In this document: positions 1 through 11,405 of the stretch, piece after piece
Numbering within the stretch: position 1 is the first letter of the stretch
How the letters are laid out: each line of letters opens with the position of its first letter
Source of the DNA: Mobula hypostoma
Lineage: Eukaryota
Direction: 5' to 3'
Assembly (NCBI RefSeq): GCF_963921235.1
Contig: NC_086123.1
Location: 18,228,001 to 18,292,000, forward strand
DNA: 64,000 nucleotides
The notes under the pieces: model-generated
What the model saw: only the letters and a program-made list of their open reading frames with translations
What the model was told of the DNA's origin: nothing
Database searches by the model: none
Position numbers and translations under genes: made by a program

Positions 1-212
1 CTTGGTTGAATAATATTACTGCAGATTCCTCTGGACAGTCAATCAACCCGAGAATGGCCCACTATAACGGGTAGAAGCTAGCTACAAACGAGACACATAG
101 GCTGAAGTCATCTGAGGAAGTAATTGCTTACATGAAAAGAGAAAATCTTAAAATATCCATAAACCCTTTCCTTCAAGGCAGGGGTTCCCAAATGGGATTC
201 ACGGAACCCTTA

Positions 213-1160
213 CTGTTTTCTTAACAAAACTATAAAAGTTTATTTACATCACATATACACAAGGTACAGACAGTCAATATTTACAAGACAGTAAGTATAC
301 TCAAATTAAAATGTGGTTACTACCGTCTGTAAGATAATCAATACCTCGGGGGGCGGGGGCGACCACTTACGAATGTCCCCACAATGTGCCCGTCGCAACC
401 GTGTGCTCCCTGTCCAGGTACAGTCGGGCACGAACGTATCCTCAGAAAAGGGGCAGGCAGTCGGCCCGGGCAGCGCCCGCCCTCCACTTTCCTCCGCCAC
501 GCCTGTGAATGGCCATCTTGGCCAGACCCAGGACCAAGCCCGCCAACAGATCCTCCTCACGCCCCGACCCCCAGCGTACGCGTGGTACACTGACTGCTCC
601 CGCCCACAGAGTGGAAAGGTGGTCGGGGTGTCAGTTAACCTGCTCAAGAACCCGTTGTACGGGACTACCGATGCAACACCTTCCACCCCAGATCCGCAAT
701 GTACAGGGGAAGCACCCCTGCGTAAAGGGACTTCCACTGGGGACCTCCTCCGCTGCCAGATGGTAACACAAGGCAGGTCCGGTCGGCAGACGAAGGCAAG
801 GAAGTCAACGGTGTGCAGGAGCAGCCCGTACAAGAAACGCTTCGGAGCGTCACGGAACTGCACGGTGGGCATCCCTGCGAGACGGCTCACGTTCAGCGGG
901 ACCCTTTCCCGCGCGTGGTCTCCCGAGGCCAGGGTCCGACCACCACAGCGGGTGGTGGTGTAGTCGGAACCCCTCCACTTCTCCGTTCCCACCCTACACC
1001 CACACTAATAGGATCGGGACCAGAGCCCCCAGCAGCTAGGAGCACCCTGCCCGGATGAGGCCAGACCCCGTCCCCTCCACAGTTCCCGGTAAAAGCGGCG
1101 TAGTTCCCTCAGAGCAGCACGTCATCCAGGATCCGCGTGCCCTCCTGGCAAAATAAAATA
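213..1160 (-). mobile_element. 3' fragment of a Tx1-like (L1-clade) LINE ORF2 in the 3' flank of GPCR A1
   Basis: Minus-strand frames give a decayed C-terminal zinc-knuckle region (WKSLYAGVLPLYIADLGWKVLH..FLSRLTDTPTTFPLCGREQSVYHAY, LVLGLAKMAIH). AATAAA lies at 239-244 on the minus strand. The fragment sits inside a short CAGGGGTTCCCAA MITE-like relic that is uninterrupted at about 9718-9785. Confidence 0.75.
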
Positions 1161-1385
1161 GGGAACCCACGATTTAAAGACAGCGTTTCTTAAAAAACAA
1201 CCTCTGAAATAAACTTACTTTATGTAGATAACATGCAGTATCTCCTCTACATATAAAGGGAAGTGTATTTCAGAACTTGTTACTTAAAATCGCCTTAGCT
1301 CGCACCAGCATTTTCAGAATTGATCAATTTCTGCGTCCGGTCGCATTTCTCAGCTTTGCTTTGATCACATAACAATAAAGAGCAT

Positions 1386-2417
1386 CTAGTTCACACGGAC
1401 CGGGATCGATCGGATGGCTGATGCAGAGCTCGTTTGCTGTTCAACAGTCTGCTCCTTTGTAGATGTTCCTTGTTCAGTGGCTGATCTGCGACAGTTTAAA
1501 TTAAGACGAATTAGAGCTTTCTCCAAACCATTTTTAAACTGCGATGTACAAAAATAGTAAATAATTGGATCGACCACACTGTTCAGATACGTTATAAACA
1601 ACGTATTGTAAAAGATATTCACTGTTATGTGATACGACTTGCAGTCGAATGGATTTCTTAGTTTAGTCACCAAAACCGCGACCACAGCAACACTGGTGGG
1701 CAAGAAGCAAATGACAAAAACCGCAGCCACGGCTATCACAAGTTTCACAGTTCGCTCATATTTAGCCCGCATTCCAACTTCCATCTGCCGTAACCTCCAG
1801 ATGATGGAGGACGTAGAGAACAGGATAACTGAAACTGGCAAAAGAAACTTAAAGAATATAAAAATAAAGTCAGTCCAAATTGCTGTGGGACGCAGAGCCT
1901 TGTTTATGCTGAAAGGCTCACAGTTTGTCACGTTGTGTTGTTCGAAGTCATGTTTGCCTATCAGCAAGTGCAAGCAAATAGCCACCGCTACAATCCACAG
2001 ACCGCCTGCTATCATCACCGCACACCTTGTAGAGATCTTGTTTACCTTGTGGAGTGGATGGATCACCTTAAAGTAACGATCGATCGCAATAACCATGAGG
2101 AAAAAGACGCTGCCAATCCGGTTCAGGGAAATCATGAATATGTTCAGTCGACACAGTCCATCACCAAAAATCCAGTCCTTCCCTCGGATAAAATAATCAG
2201 CTCGAAAAGGTAGACAGCACATTAACAGAGTGTCGGCAATCATGAGATGCAGTGAATATATAATACTTGGTTTCCGCGACGTCACATGAACACAAAAGAT
2301 CCACAAAGCAATCGTATTTCCAGCAAGCCCGAGGATGAATGTGATGATAATTATGGGCGGGTTGTAGGACGAGTTAACATCTTCACTAGGAGCACATTGC
2401 GGGGTCGAGTTCGCCAT
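1386..2417 (-). CDS. Hydroxycarboxylic acid receptor-like (HCAR/GPR109-like) class A GPCR, copy A1, 343 aa, single exon
   Basis: Seven hydrophobic segments with GN (TM1), LMIAD..CLPFR (TM2), WIFGD..C, MISLNRIGS..DRY..HP (TM3), CEPF (ECL2), CFLP (TM6) and TYLNSVVDPIIYYF (TM7). These match HCAR-type motifs (NRxGS, DRY..VHP, TYxNSxxDPxxYYF). Start context is ACAATGG. Confidence 0.93.
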   Translation of the reverse strand: MANSTPQCAPSEDVNSSYNPPIIIITFILGLAGNTIALWIFCVHVTSRKPSIIYSLHLMIADTLLMCCLPFRADYFIRGKDWIFGDGLCRLNIFMISLNRIGSVFFLMVIAIDRYFKVIHPLHKVNKISTRCAVMIAGGLWIVAVAICLHLLIGKHDFEQHNVTNCEPFSINKALRPTAIWTDFIFIFFKFLLPVSVILFSTSSIIWRLRQMEVGMRAKYERTVKLVIAVAAVFVICFLPTSVAVVAVLVTKLRNPFDCKSYHITVNIFYNTLFITYLNSVVDPIIYYFCTSQFKNGLEKALIRLNLNCRRSATEQGTSTKEQTVEQQTSSASAIRSIPVRVN

Positions 2418-2514
2418 TGTGCGAAAAAGTCAAGTTGTGTCCGGGGAGAGCAAACTCAATCAGAGTCGAACAACCTGTAAAGTTGATCTTCGAATGAGTT
2501 TGTTCCCCTGTGGG

Positions 2515-2555
2515 TGGAGTATATGGGCGGAGTGAAATAGTCAGAGCACCAATAA
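2515..2555 (-). promoter_or_regulatory. Putative proximal promoter: CCAAT, GC box and CATATA about 100-135 nt upstream of the ATG
   Basis: Plus strand TATATGGGCGG (minus CCGCCCATATA) is kept in all six recent copies, including the diverged B-type flanks (about 19096, 25542, 32058, 47001, 55100). CCAAT near 2549 is seen only in A copies. Confidence 0.4.
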
Positions 2556-2936
2556 ATTGTGCGATCGAATCATCAATTCCAGGAAAACTGGAAGCATCAG
2601 TATTTAAATTAAGCAGCAAACAATGAAATATATTTAGCTTTCATTGCCAGTTTATGCTTCAGTATGTAGGTCTTTCATTTTACTTTCTTTGAATTTCAAC
2701 AGTTTTTGATTATCTTTTGAGATGGAGACGACTCCCTGAACATCATCTGGTACCAGTGAAGGTGCTGTATTTAAACAAATCTTCTTTATTTTAAGGATTT
2801 GTAATATAGAAGTCCATCTACTTCCTCTGGTTTGGGGAAGTGATTCAGCTTGAGTGACATGGCTACTGAACAGAATGGTTTCACAATATCTGAGTGGATC
2901 AATATCTATCCTGGTGTGCAATGGGGATGCTGAGAG

Positions 2937-3630
2937 TGTCACAGATTGGGGCGCTGGTGCAGGCCCAAATGCAAGACACAGACACTGAAGTACTAGGGAC
3001 AGGTCTAGGATGCAGGACCTGGGCTCAGACATGGACAAGAAACAGGGAACCCAGACAAAGAACCATGAACTCAAAGCCTGGGCTTGGGAAAGCGGGACCA
3101 GGACTAGGAACCATGAACTAGGAACTGGGCTTGGACTCTGAGCCAGAGACTGGACAAGGACCTAGAAGCTGGGTCTTGCCTCAGGCTTGGACCCCAGAAC
3201 TAGGCAAGGACATGACATGGCTACAGGACAGGACGTGACTGGGGTCTTGAGGCTTGAGGCTGGGGTCTTGAGTCTTGAGGCTTGAGGCTGGGGTCTTGAT
3301 TCTGCAGGCTGGGGACTTAAGTCTTGAGGCTGTAGGCTGGGAGCTGGGGTTTTGGAATGTGGAGGCTGATAACTTGGAGGCTGGAGCTCAGAGACAGACT
3401 AGGAACTGAACATCAACATAGATTCGGGACTTATCCTTCAAAAAGCTGGGACTCATCTTTATCTCCACACCACGGTGGGAAAGGTCCATCCGTCATGTAA
3501 CGGCAGAACGGCTGGACTTACCCAACAGAGGCAAAGAGAAGACAGGTCCCCCCACAGGGCAATGGCAGAACGGCCTGACTTCCCCACGGAGGTGAGGACA
3601 AGACAACACAGATCCCCCAGGACTTGAGCT
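2937..3630. mobile_element. Truncated solo-LTR-like element (same insertion as 55513-56627)
   Basis: Starts TGTCACAG after GAGAG. The site is empty in A2 (about 26448). The right part has been lost by a deletion that joins to TGACC..GGATTTGTAAAGG. Confidence 0.65.
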
Positions 3631-4249
3631 GACCGGGATTTGTAAAGGAATCTGGAAATGGGGATCTCAAATGTTGAGTACACCTGATCATGGGGACTCT
3701 AGCTTTTTAACCTCTTTTCAAGTAGGTCTGGAATCAAGCATCACTCAAGTCACACATGGGAAAAGCAGGACCTGGGGATCGACTGTTGCTGAATATATCT
3801 CCAGCAGTGTGAATGCTGAGAATGTTACTGTACGAGCTGAGTGGAGGGAGAGTGTGACGGAGAGGGATCAGCAGCGACACAGGCTCTTCCAAGTCATCCA
3901 ACAGGCAGAAGCTTGGATCTACTTTGGCTGTCAGGTTATCGATACACTCGAAACAGTACACCAGAAATGAATGCAGGACCAGGCCATAGAGATCCCTGAA
4001 TTTCACCCAGAATTCACTCAGATCATCACCTCAACACTTGCTGCACATTGGCACAAATGGCAGAACCTCTGCCTCACTGCACCAGAACTCTGGGTTCAAA
4101 ACATAACCCTGGATTCCTTTGGGTCTGGAGTTTGTACATTCACCCTGGACGACATGGGCTTCCTCTGGGTGCTTCAGTACCCCTGCCACCTTGCAAACAA
4201 ATGCATGTCAGTAGATGAATGTCCTGCTGTAAATCGCTACAAATATTAC

Positions 4250-4590
4250 ACCATTGGGCCATAAGGTATAGGTGCACAATTAGGGTATTTGGCCCATTGA
4301 CTTTGCTTTCATCATCGCTGACACATTTCCCGTCTCAGCCCCAACCTCCTGTCTTCTCCCCCTCTCCCTTCTTCATTAATTTAGGATCTACAAACCTCTG
4401 CCTTAAATATACCCAATACCCTGGCTTCCACAGCCACCTGTGGCATCGAATTACACAGAGTCACCACACTCTGGCTAAAAGAAATCTCTCCTGATCTCCA
4501 TTCTAAAAGGACGTCCCTGTATTATAAGGCTGTATCCTCTGGTCTTAGACACCCGAACCATAGCAAACATCTTCTCCACAGCTTCTCTTG
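4250..4590 (-). mobile_element. Decayed CR1/L2-type LINE 3' end (paralogs at about 34040-34370 and 57700-58030)
   Basis: The paralogs read MF..V..SKTRGYSL.I.G.PFR.E.RRNFFSQ.VV..NS.P on the minus strand, like the C-terminus of the better preserved CR1 at 47488-48114. Confidence 0.65.
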
Positions 4591-5464
4591 GTAGGTGGCA
4601 GAGTGTGGGAGAAACCAAGGAATATGTGGGGAGAAATTTTAAAATATTTGATTAATTTAGTATTTGGGTAAATGGATTCTTGACAGTCACCAGAAACATA
4701 AAGGCGTAACTTGTTAATTTCTCCCCGTGACTTATAGAATTAAGGATATCTGTATTCAAACCCAGAAGTTTTAAGTTGCTAGTTGCCATAAACCACACGG
4801 AATATGCAGCTTGTCACGCACATGGAACGGTGGAAAGCCTCACTCTCAATTACTCAGCTTCATTCACCAACAGCTCATTAACCATATTAGGAACAATTCC
4901 TCATTCCATTCCTTCACTCAGACTGACACAATCCCTTCCCATCCAGGAAACTTGGTGCTAATCTAAAAGAAAGATGAGTTACTCAGAGTGGAAGTGTGAC
5001 CTTATGTTCTCATCAAAGCCACCAATTTCGGGATTTAGGCAAAAGTCCATAACAGCCACTGCCAGTGAAGAATACTGCCGGTACAGTAACTGCCGACCAG
5101 AATGCCCAGGAACCTGTTTTCAACCTGGGTAAAGACGGATGATGGCAGATTCCAAATGATCTCCCGGAGTATCCGAGCAGCCTTGCGGTGAGGTTATTGA
5201 AACAGTGGAGGAACCAGCCTGGTGAAGATCAAAGGCGCAAAACCTCATCACTTGGACTTCTATCAGGTTCCCTCATATTGCCTGTGTGTTATCCTGCCAG
5301 TGTTACACGGAGGCGGCTGGAGCGACTGGCAGCGGACCCAAGTGCAGGACACAAGCATGGAGACAGACTAAACAGAAATGTATTTATTGATAGCTACGAA
5401 GAAGGCCAGGTAGTGAGGATAAAAAGCCAACAAGGACATGAACGTTGGATAACAAACTAGCAAA

Positions 5465-6075
5465 ACCTGGACTTAGACTTCAGCTCGGACACGGAGCCTG
5501 GACCTGGACTCGGGCTCAGACACAAACCCTGGACTTAAACTCAGAACTTGGACCTCGACTTAAGCTCAGGTACGGAGACTGGACTTGGACTCAGAACCTG
5601 AACATGGACTTCAGCTCGGACAGGGAGCCTGGACTTGGACTCGGACTTGGACACAAACTCTGGACTTCAACTCAGAACCTGGACTTGGAATTGGACTCAG
5701 ACACGGAACCGGAACTCAGACTTGTACTCGATCAAAGTGCCAGGACACAGAACCTGGACTTAGACTTGGACTTGAACACTGAACTTCAACTTGGGCTCAG
5801 GCACAGAGTCTGGACATAGACTTGGACTCAGAGCCAGGACATGAACTTGGACTTCCACCCAGAACCTGGACCTGGGCTTGGACTCGGAGGCAGGACTTAG
5901 ACTTCGACTTCAAACCTGAACTTGGCCTTGGACACAGAGCCAGGACATAGACTTGGACTTGGGCTTGGGCTTGGGCTTGGACTTGGAAACTGGACTTGGG
6001 CTTGGACTCTGGACTTGAACTTGGGCTCGGACACAGAGCCGGGCCTTAGACTTCGACTTGGACTAGGACTCGGAA
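5465..6075. repeat. Degenerate GGACTT/GGACTC/GGGCTT hexamer minisatellite (also about 35265-35895 and 58770-59340)
   Basis: Seen directly in the sequence. It produces the spurious LGLG/WTWT/LDLD ORFs. Confidence 0.9.
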
Positions 6076-6077
6076 CG

Positions 6078-6305
6078 ACAAAACAACAACAGTCCATTCG
6101 AGTAGCAGCAAATGGCATGCCAACTGAGCTGGATATGAGACGACAAAACAACGACAGTCCATTCGAGTAGCGACAAATGGCCTGCCTACTGAGCTGGATA
6201 CAAGACAACTAAACAACGACAGGCCATTTGAGTAGCGGCAAACGGACTGCCTACTCAGCCCGATACAAGATGATGAAATCCAAACCACAACAGTCCATTC
6301 GAATC
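6078..6305. repeat. 65-bp tandem repeat (about 3.5 copies)
   Basis: Unit AAACAACGACAGTCCATTCGAGTAGC..CTACTGAGCTGGATACGAGA starts at about 6078, 6143 and 6208, plus a partial copy. Confidence 0.85.
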
Positions 6306-6814
6306 TCGGCTTGGAGAACTGGCCACCCGCCAGCAAATCTCAGCTGGCCATGGAAACGGCAGAGTTCGTACCTTTGGCTCGGAGTGGCAGCAAACGGCTG
6401 GCAAGTCAGTTGGACACGAAAACAATCAAATCCACAAAGCAAACCTGGGCACCGGAGGCACTTACAGAGTCCACAATGAACGGGGACCCGAATCGGGTAC
6501 AACTGCAGTTGCTCAGGTGACGGTCCAGCACCGAGTAGCTGTTAGCTGGAGTTTTTACGCTGCCGGCTCGGATGGGAAATGGCTGCCTTAATCAAGACAC
6601 CCGATGCACAACAGGGAAAAGGAATTAACTGGAATGAGGAGTCAATGGACTGGACCGGGACAGCCAGGAATGCCAGTGCCCATGCTGAGATATACAATAT
6701 GAACTCCTGTATTTGAGTCCCAAACCACCAGACAATCCTTCATTGCCATCTGCATTTCTACATCACTGAAGGCCTTTGGCTTTCCTCCAGTCATGGTGCC
6801 ATCACTGGGGACAT

Positions 6815-7030
6815 GACTGCCTCACTCAACAAATGCAAGGTGCCATCTGACTGTGGGAACCCCTGGCCTACAGCTGTTCAAAGTAGAGAAGGAGCATTCG
6901 GAATGGAACTGAGAAGTTCATGCCCATACTTCAGAAACGCTACAAAGAGCTGCGTAATTAGTAGGTGGAGCAGACCACCTCTGCTACACCCACTCCACAC
7001 CCTGTCAGGAAGCAACTGCCCATCTGTGGA
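6815..7030 (+). mobile_element. Ancient RTE-clade LINE 3' relic (paralogs at about 21885, 28400, 36570, 49545, 60210)
   Basis: With one frameshift it reads ASLNKCKVPSD/WEPLAYSCSK*RRSIRNG, resembling an RTE ORF C-terminus. A DDGR/IPNDL RTE-like motif occurs at about 5140. Confidence 0.55.
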
Positions 7031-7034
7031 GGAC

Positions 7035-7365
7035 CATAAATCCATCGTAAGATATTGGATCAGAATTAGGCTATTGGGACCATCGAGTCTGATCCTCTAT
7101 TTAATTATGCCTGAGTTTCTGTTTTCAACTCCAGTCTCCCAACTTCACCCTACAACCCTTAAACCCCTTCATGATCAAGAACCTATAAGTCATTGTCTTA
7201 AATACACTCAATGATTTGGCCTCCTCTGCCCTATATGACAATGAATTCCACAGATTCCCCACACTCTGCCTGTGGAAATTGCTCATTTCAGTTCCAAAGA
7301 GACCTCCCATTATTTTGAGGCTGTGCCCTTGGTTCCTTGGATCATCCCCTACTAATAGAAACATC
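7035..7365 (-). mobile_element. Decayed CR1-type LINE 3' end (paralogs at about 22110-22480, 36790-37125, 49775-50140, 60425-60780)
   Basis: The minus frame gives MF.LVG..R.QGHSLKI.G..F.TEM.NF..QSVGNLWNSL. Confidence 0.65.
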
Positions 7366-7884
7366 CATGACTAATTACCTCAGAATGGGGAAAAAAAACA
7401 TCTACATGAATGGACAGGAGTGGACAATGTTCCTTATCTGAAGAGGTGGAGATATTGCAAACCTGTTGTATATTTAATATTCTGTAATATTTGAGTCATA
7501 CCATATATTTTTATTTGTTGATTAAGGATTCTTCCTATAATTAACATTAATTTCTATGTAAGTTACATTAATTGCCTACGTCATTGCATGATAAGGGTGC
7601 GCCTCATTGGAAGTAAAAGAACAACGGCAAGACTCGCATCTTTCAGCTCTTGTTTGGTTTTGAATTGAATCTTGATTACTCAGAGGATAGTGAGGGTGTG
7701 GAACCAGCTTCCAGCACAGTAGTGCAAGTGAGTTCAATATCAATGTGTTAAGAGAAGTTTGGATTGGTACATGGATGGTAGGTGTTTGGAAGGCTATGGT
7801 CCTGGTGGAGGTCATTGAGAGTAGGCAGCTTAAATGGTTTGGTATGGACTAGAGAGGCCCAAAGGCCTGTTTCTGTGCTGTACT

Positions 7885-8028
7885 CTATGATTTTACATGA
7901 AAATAAAATACCTACAAAGCAGTTATATTTCTGACTAGTCATAGGATGATTGTTATAATAACTACTGGTGGGCTGTCAGCAGGGTTGTCCACCTCACTAG
8001 AGACACATTGATGGGCCGATTTATCCAT
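7885..8028 (-). pseudogene. Ancient HCAR-like paralog remnant (N-terminus/TM1)
   Basis: Translates MDKSAHQCVSSEVDNPADSPPVVIITIIL*LVRNITAL*VFYFHVKS*, collinear with A1 MANSTPQCAPSEDVNSSYNPPIIIITFILGLAGNTIALWIFCVHVTSR. Confidence 0.85.
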
Positions 8029-9972
8029 TGTCCAAAGAAAACTTATTCAAAGATTATACTGTTTGTATACAGCAAAATTCAGAGCATCATAATTCGGAGT
8101 TCAAAATTCAACATTGCTGCTAGAAAGCATAAGATGTAATGCGATGAAATACAAGCGGCATTGTTATCAGAGTTTGCTAAGTCATGACATACTTTGATTT
8201 GATATTAAGTACTTAATCCATTTCTATGGTCCTATTAAAACTATAAAATTTTCTTTAGGATTCAGAGTTCACTCCATATTCTGCTGAAATGCAAATTCTC
8301 TAACTAAATAAAAATTATCCAATTGGAAACTCATCCTATCCCAGCTCCCATCACAAACTAGTAAATTGTCCCAGCAGGTGCCCCGAATGAGATTAGCAAA
8401 ATATTATTCAAATCCACCTCATTGATACACTTCACTCACAGAGAGATAACAAGACTCCCAGTGTAGATTTTCTGTTTCCACAAGGATCTGCTGAATGAAG
8501 GTTAAAAGTGAATTCTACTCTCCTTCATGCAGCCTGGAGATGACTTATTATGGTTGTTGGAAGAATAGTTCCTCAGGCCACACTCCATCATGGTGTTTGT
8601 AACGTGGTGAGGCAGTTCAGTCTATATTAAAGTCATTCACTGCTGCACTGCTGACCTACTCATAGCAATAAATTCCTAGCATACATATGCATGCACGCAC
8701 TTCAGTCACAAACGTGTATGTGAGCACGCACACACACACAAAACCATGCATCACATAGTTCTTAAACATTCTAGTTACCACAGTACAACTGTCTGCACGT
8801 GTGTCATTGTGCATGTGTGTGCAGATACGTGTTTAGGTTCATGCAGGTCAGCGTGAAATACTAGGACAAAAGACACAAGAAATATGTTGATTAGATCCCA
8901 GGGGAAAAAGAACTTACTATCTCTGTATCATATTGTCCTTGGTTGTGAAGACATTCTTCAAATGGTATGTTCAGTGTTTATTTCATTCGACACTGCCCTC
9001 TAATCTGGGAGTTCTTCACTGGAAACAATGACTCACACAAATCTTTTATTTCCAAGGAATTAAAGATCAAATAAATTGCTATATAAGCCATTGGAGTAGA
9101 ATTGGGCCATTCGGCCCATCGAGTCTATTCCATCATTCCATCATGGTTGCTTTATTATTGCTCTCAACACCATTCTCCTGCCTACTCCCCGTAACCTTAC
9201 TAATCAACAACCTATCAAACTCCACTTTAATTATACTTGGCTCAATAACCATCTCTGGCAAAGAATTCCACAGATTCGCCAGCCTATCGTTAAAGAAATT
9301 CCTCCACATCTCTGTTCTAAATGCTGACCATCCTTCTTCATTACAGATTTCAATTTTATTTCCTGAAAATAAATTCCCCGATTTTGAACCGGAGCTAACC
9401 TCCTGTCTCCAGTTCCAGTTCACTAGGAGAGGCTTTTCTTTTCCAATTCAGTACCTAGTTCCAGTACTGTCACGATATGGGTACATGCAGCTTGGCACCA
9501 GCACAGCGGCCCCTAACATCACTTTCCTCCTGACTGAAAGTCCACTGGTAGGGTTCTTCTTGATTGACTTGATTACCGCTGATTCTAGTGGGCAGTCAGT
9601 CAACCTGAGAATGGCCCACTATCACGTGTAGAAGCTAGCTACAAACAAGACACATAAGCTGAAGTCCTCTGGGGGAAAAAATAAATTTTAACTATCCATA
9701 AACCCTTTCCTTTAAAGCAGGGGTTCCCAACCTGGGGTCCACTCACTGGGAAGCCTCCATGGCACATAAAAGATTGGGAAACAACGACTTAAAGACAGGA
9801 AGGGTTTCTTAACGAACACGCTCTGAATATGCGTACTTATGCAGTTAAAATACAATTTCATCTCCACATAAAGGGAAGCGTATTTGAGAACTGGCTTGTT
9901 AAGATCCGAGCAACACACATAAAAGTTGCTGGTGAACGCAGCAGGCCAGGCAGCATCTCTAGGAAGAGGTAC

Positions 9973-10008
9973 AATCGATGTTTCAGGCCAAGATCCTTCG
10001 TCAGGACG
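9973..10008 (-). ncRNA. Minimal type I hammerhead ribozyme motif in the pLTR (stem III mutated)
   Basis: Minus strand reads GTC-CTGACGA-AGGATCTTGGCCT-GAAACATC-GAT. The core is kept, but the ACGT palindrome has changed to ACAT. Confidence 0.6.
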
Positions 10009-11405
10009 AACTGAAGGAAGAGTGAGTAAGGGATTTGAAAGTTGGAGGGGGAGGGGGAGATCCAAAATGATAGGAGAAGACAGGAGGGGGAGGGATGGAG
10101 CCAAGAGCTGGACAGGTGATAGGCAAAAGGGATACAAGAGAGGATCATGGGACAGGAGGTCCGGGAAGAAAGACAAGGTGGGGGGGGGACCCAGAGGATG
10201 GGCAAGGGGTATATTCAGAGGGACAGAGGGAGAAAAAGAAGAGTGAGAGAAAGAATTTGTGTATAAAAATAAGTAACAGATGGGGTAAGAGGGGGAGGTG
10301 GGGCATTAGCGGAAGATGGAGAAGTCGATGTTCATGCCATCAGGTTGGAGGCTACCCAGACGGAATATAAGGTGTTGTTCCTCCAACCTGAGTGTGGCTT
10401 CATCTTTACAGTAGAGGAGGCCGTGGATAGACATGTCAGAATGGGAATGGGATGTGGAATTAAAATGTGTGGCCACTGGGAGATCCTGCTTTCTCTGGCG
10501 GACAGAGCGTAGGTGTTCAGCAAAGCGGTCTCCCAGTCTGCGTCGGGTCTCGCCAATATATAAAAGGCCACATCGGGAGCACCGGATGCAGTATATCACC
10601 CCAGCCGACTCACAGGTGAAGTGTTGCCTCACCTGGAAGGACTGTTTGGGGCCCTGAATGGTGGTAAGGGAGGAAGTGTAAGGGCATGTGTAGCACTTGT
10701 TCCGCTTACACGGATAAGTGCCAGGAGGGAGATCAGTGGGGAGGGATGGGGGGGACGAATGGACAAGGGAGTCGCGTAGGGAGCGATCCCTGCGGAATGC
10801 AGAAAGAGTGGGGGAGGGAAAGATGTGCTTAGTGGTGGGATCCCGTTGGAGGTGGCGGAAGTTACGGAGAATAATATGTTGGATCCGAAGGCTGGTGGGG
10901 TGGTAGATGAGGACCAGGGGAACCCTATTCCTAGTGGGGTGGCATGAGGATGGAGTGAGAGCAGATGTACGTGAAATGGGGGAGATGCATTTAAGAGCAG
11001 AGTTGATAGTGGAGGAAGGGAAGCCCCTTTCTTTAAAAAAGGAAGACATCTCCCTCGTCCTAGAATGGAAAGCCTCATCCTGAGAGCAGATGCGGCGGAG
11101 ACGAAGGAATTGCGAGAAGGGGATGGCGTTTTCGCAAGAGACAGGGTGAGAAGAGGAATAGTCCAGATAGCTGTGAGAGTCAGTAGGCTTATAGTAGACA
11201 TCAGTGGATGAGCTGTCTCCAGAGATAGAGACAGAAAGATCTAGAAAGGGGAGGGAGGTGTCGGAAATGGACCAGGTAAACTTGAGGGCAGGGTGAAAGT
11301 TGGAGGCAAAGTTAATAAAATCAACGAGCTCTGCATGCGTGCAGGAAGCAGCACCAATGCAGTCGTCGATGCAGCGAAGGAAAAGTGGGGGACAGATACT
11401 AGAAT

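Larger units (their letters stand above)
5301..6662. mobile_element. Solo-LTR-like element with internal minisatellites, 5-bp TSD GCCAG
   Basis: Termini are TGTTAC...GGGACA (GTGACA in paralogs), with GCCAG at 5296-5300 and 6663-6667. It is absent at the homologous B-unit position (about 21745). Confidence 0.7.

Noticed and set aside
306-992. Overlapping 216-228 aa ORFs
   Set aside because: GC-rich frameshifted Tx1 relic, deleted differently in the paralogs.
1639-2076. 145-aa plus-strand ORF recurring in several units
   Set aside because: Antisense shadow of the GPCR coding sequence; it starts at TTG and is broken in A3.
1386-2417. Assigning a gene symbol such as HCAR2
   Set aside because: One-to-one orthology to HCAR1/2/3 or OXER1 cannot be set without phylogeny and synteny.
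2386-2619. Upstream ORF overlapping the receptor start
   Set aside because: TTG start with no ATG; the ORF track shows no equivalent in A3 or the B copies.
3671-4264. ORFs of 90-99 aa repeated in A units
   Set aside because: They recur only because of duplication and have no convincing domain. There is a faint resemblance to a decayed Tx1/L1 C-terminus that I cannot support well.
5445-6208. LGLG/WTWT/SPSP-rich ORFs (also at 35.2-36.0 kb and 58.7-59.6 kb)
   Set aside because: Translations of a hexamer minisatellite; frames are not conserved between paralogs.
6078-6305. Hairpin-containing regular repeats resembling a CRISPR array
   Set aside because: Units are contiguous with no unique spacers, there are no cas genes, and the context is vertebrate; it is a VNTR.
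9143-9631. 162-aa hydrophobic ORF repeated at 39787 and partly at 63176
   Set aside because: The first half is the antisense of a CR1-type 3' end, and the third copy lacks the ATG and stops earlier.
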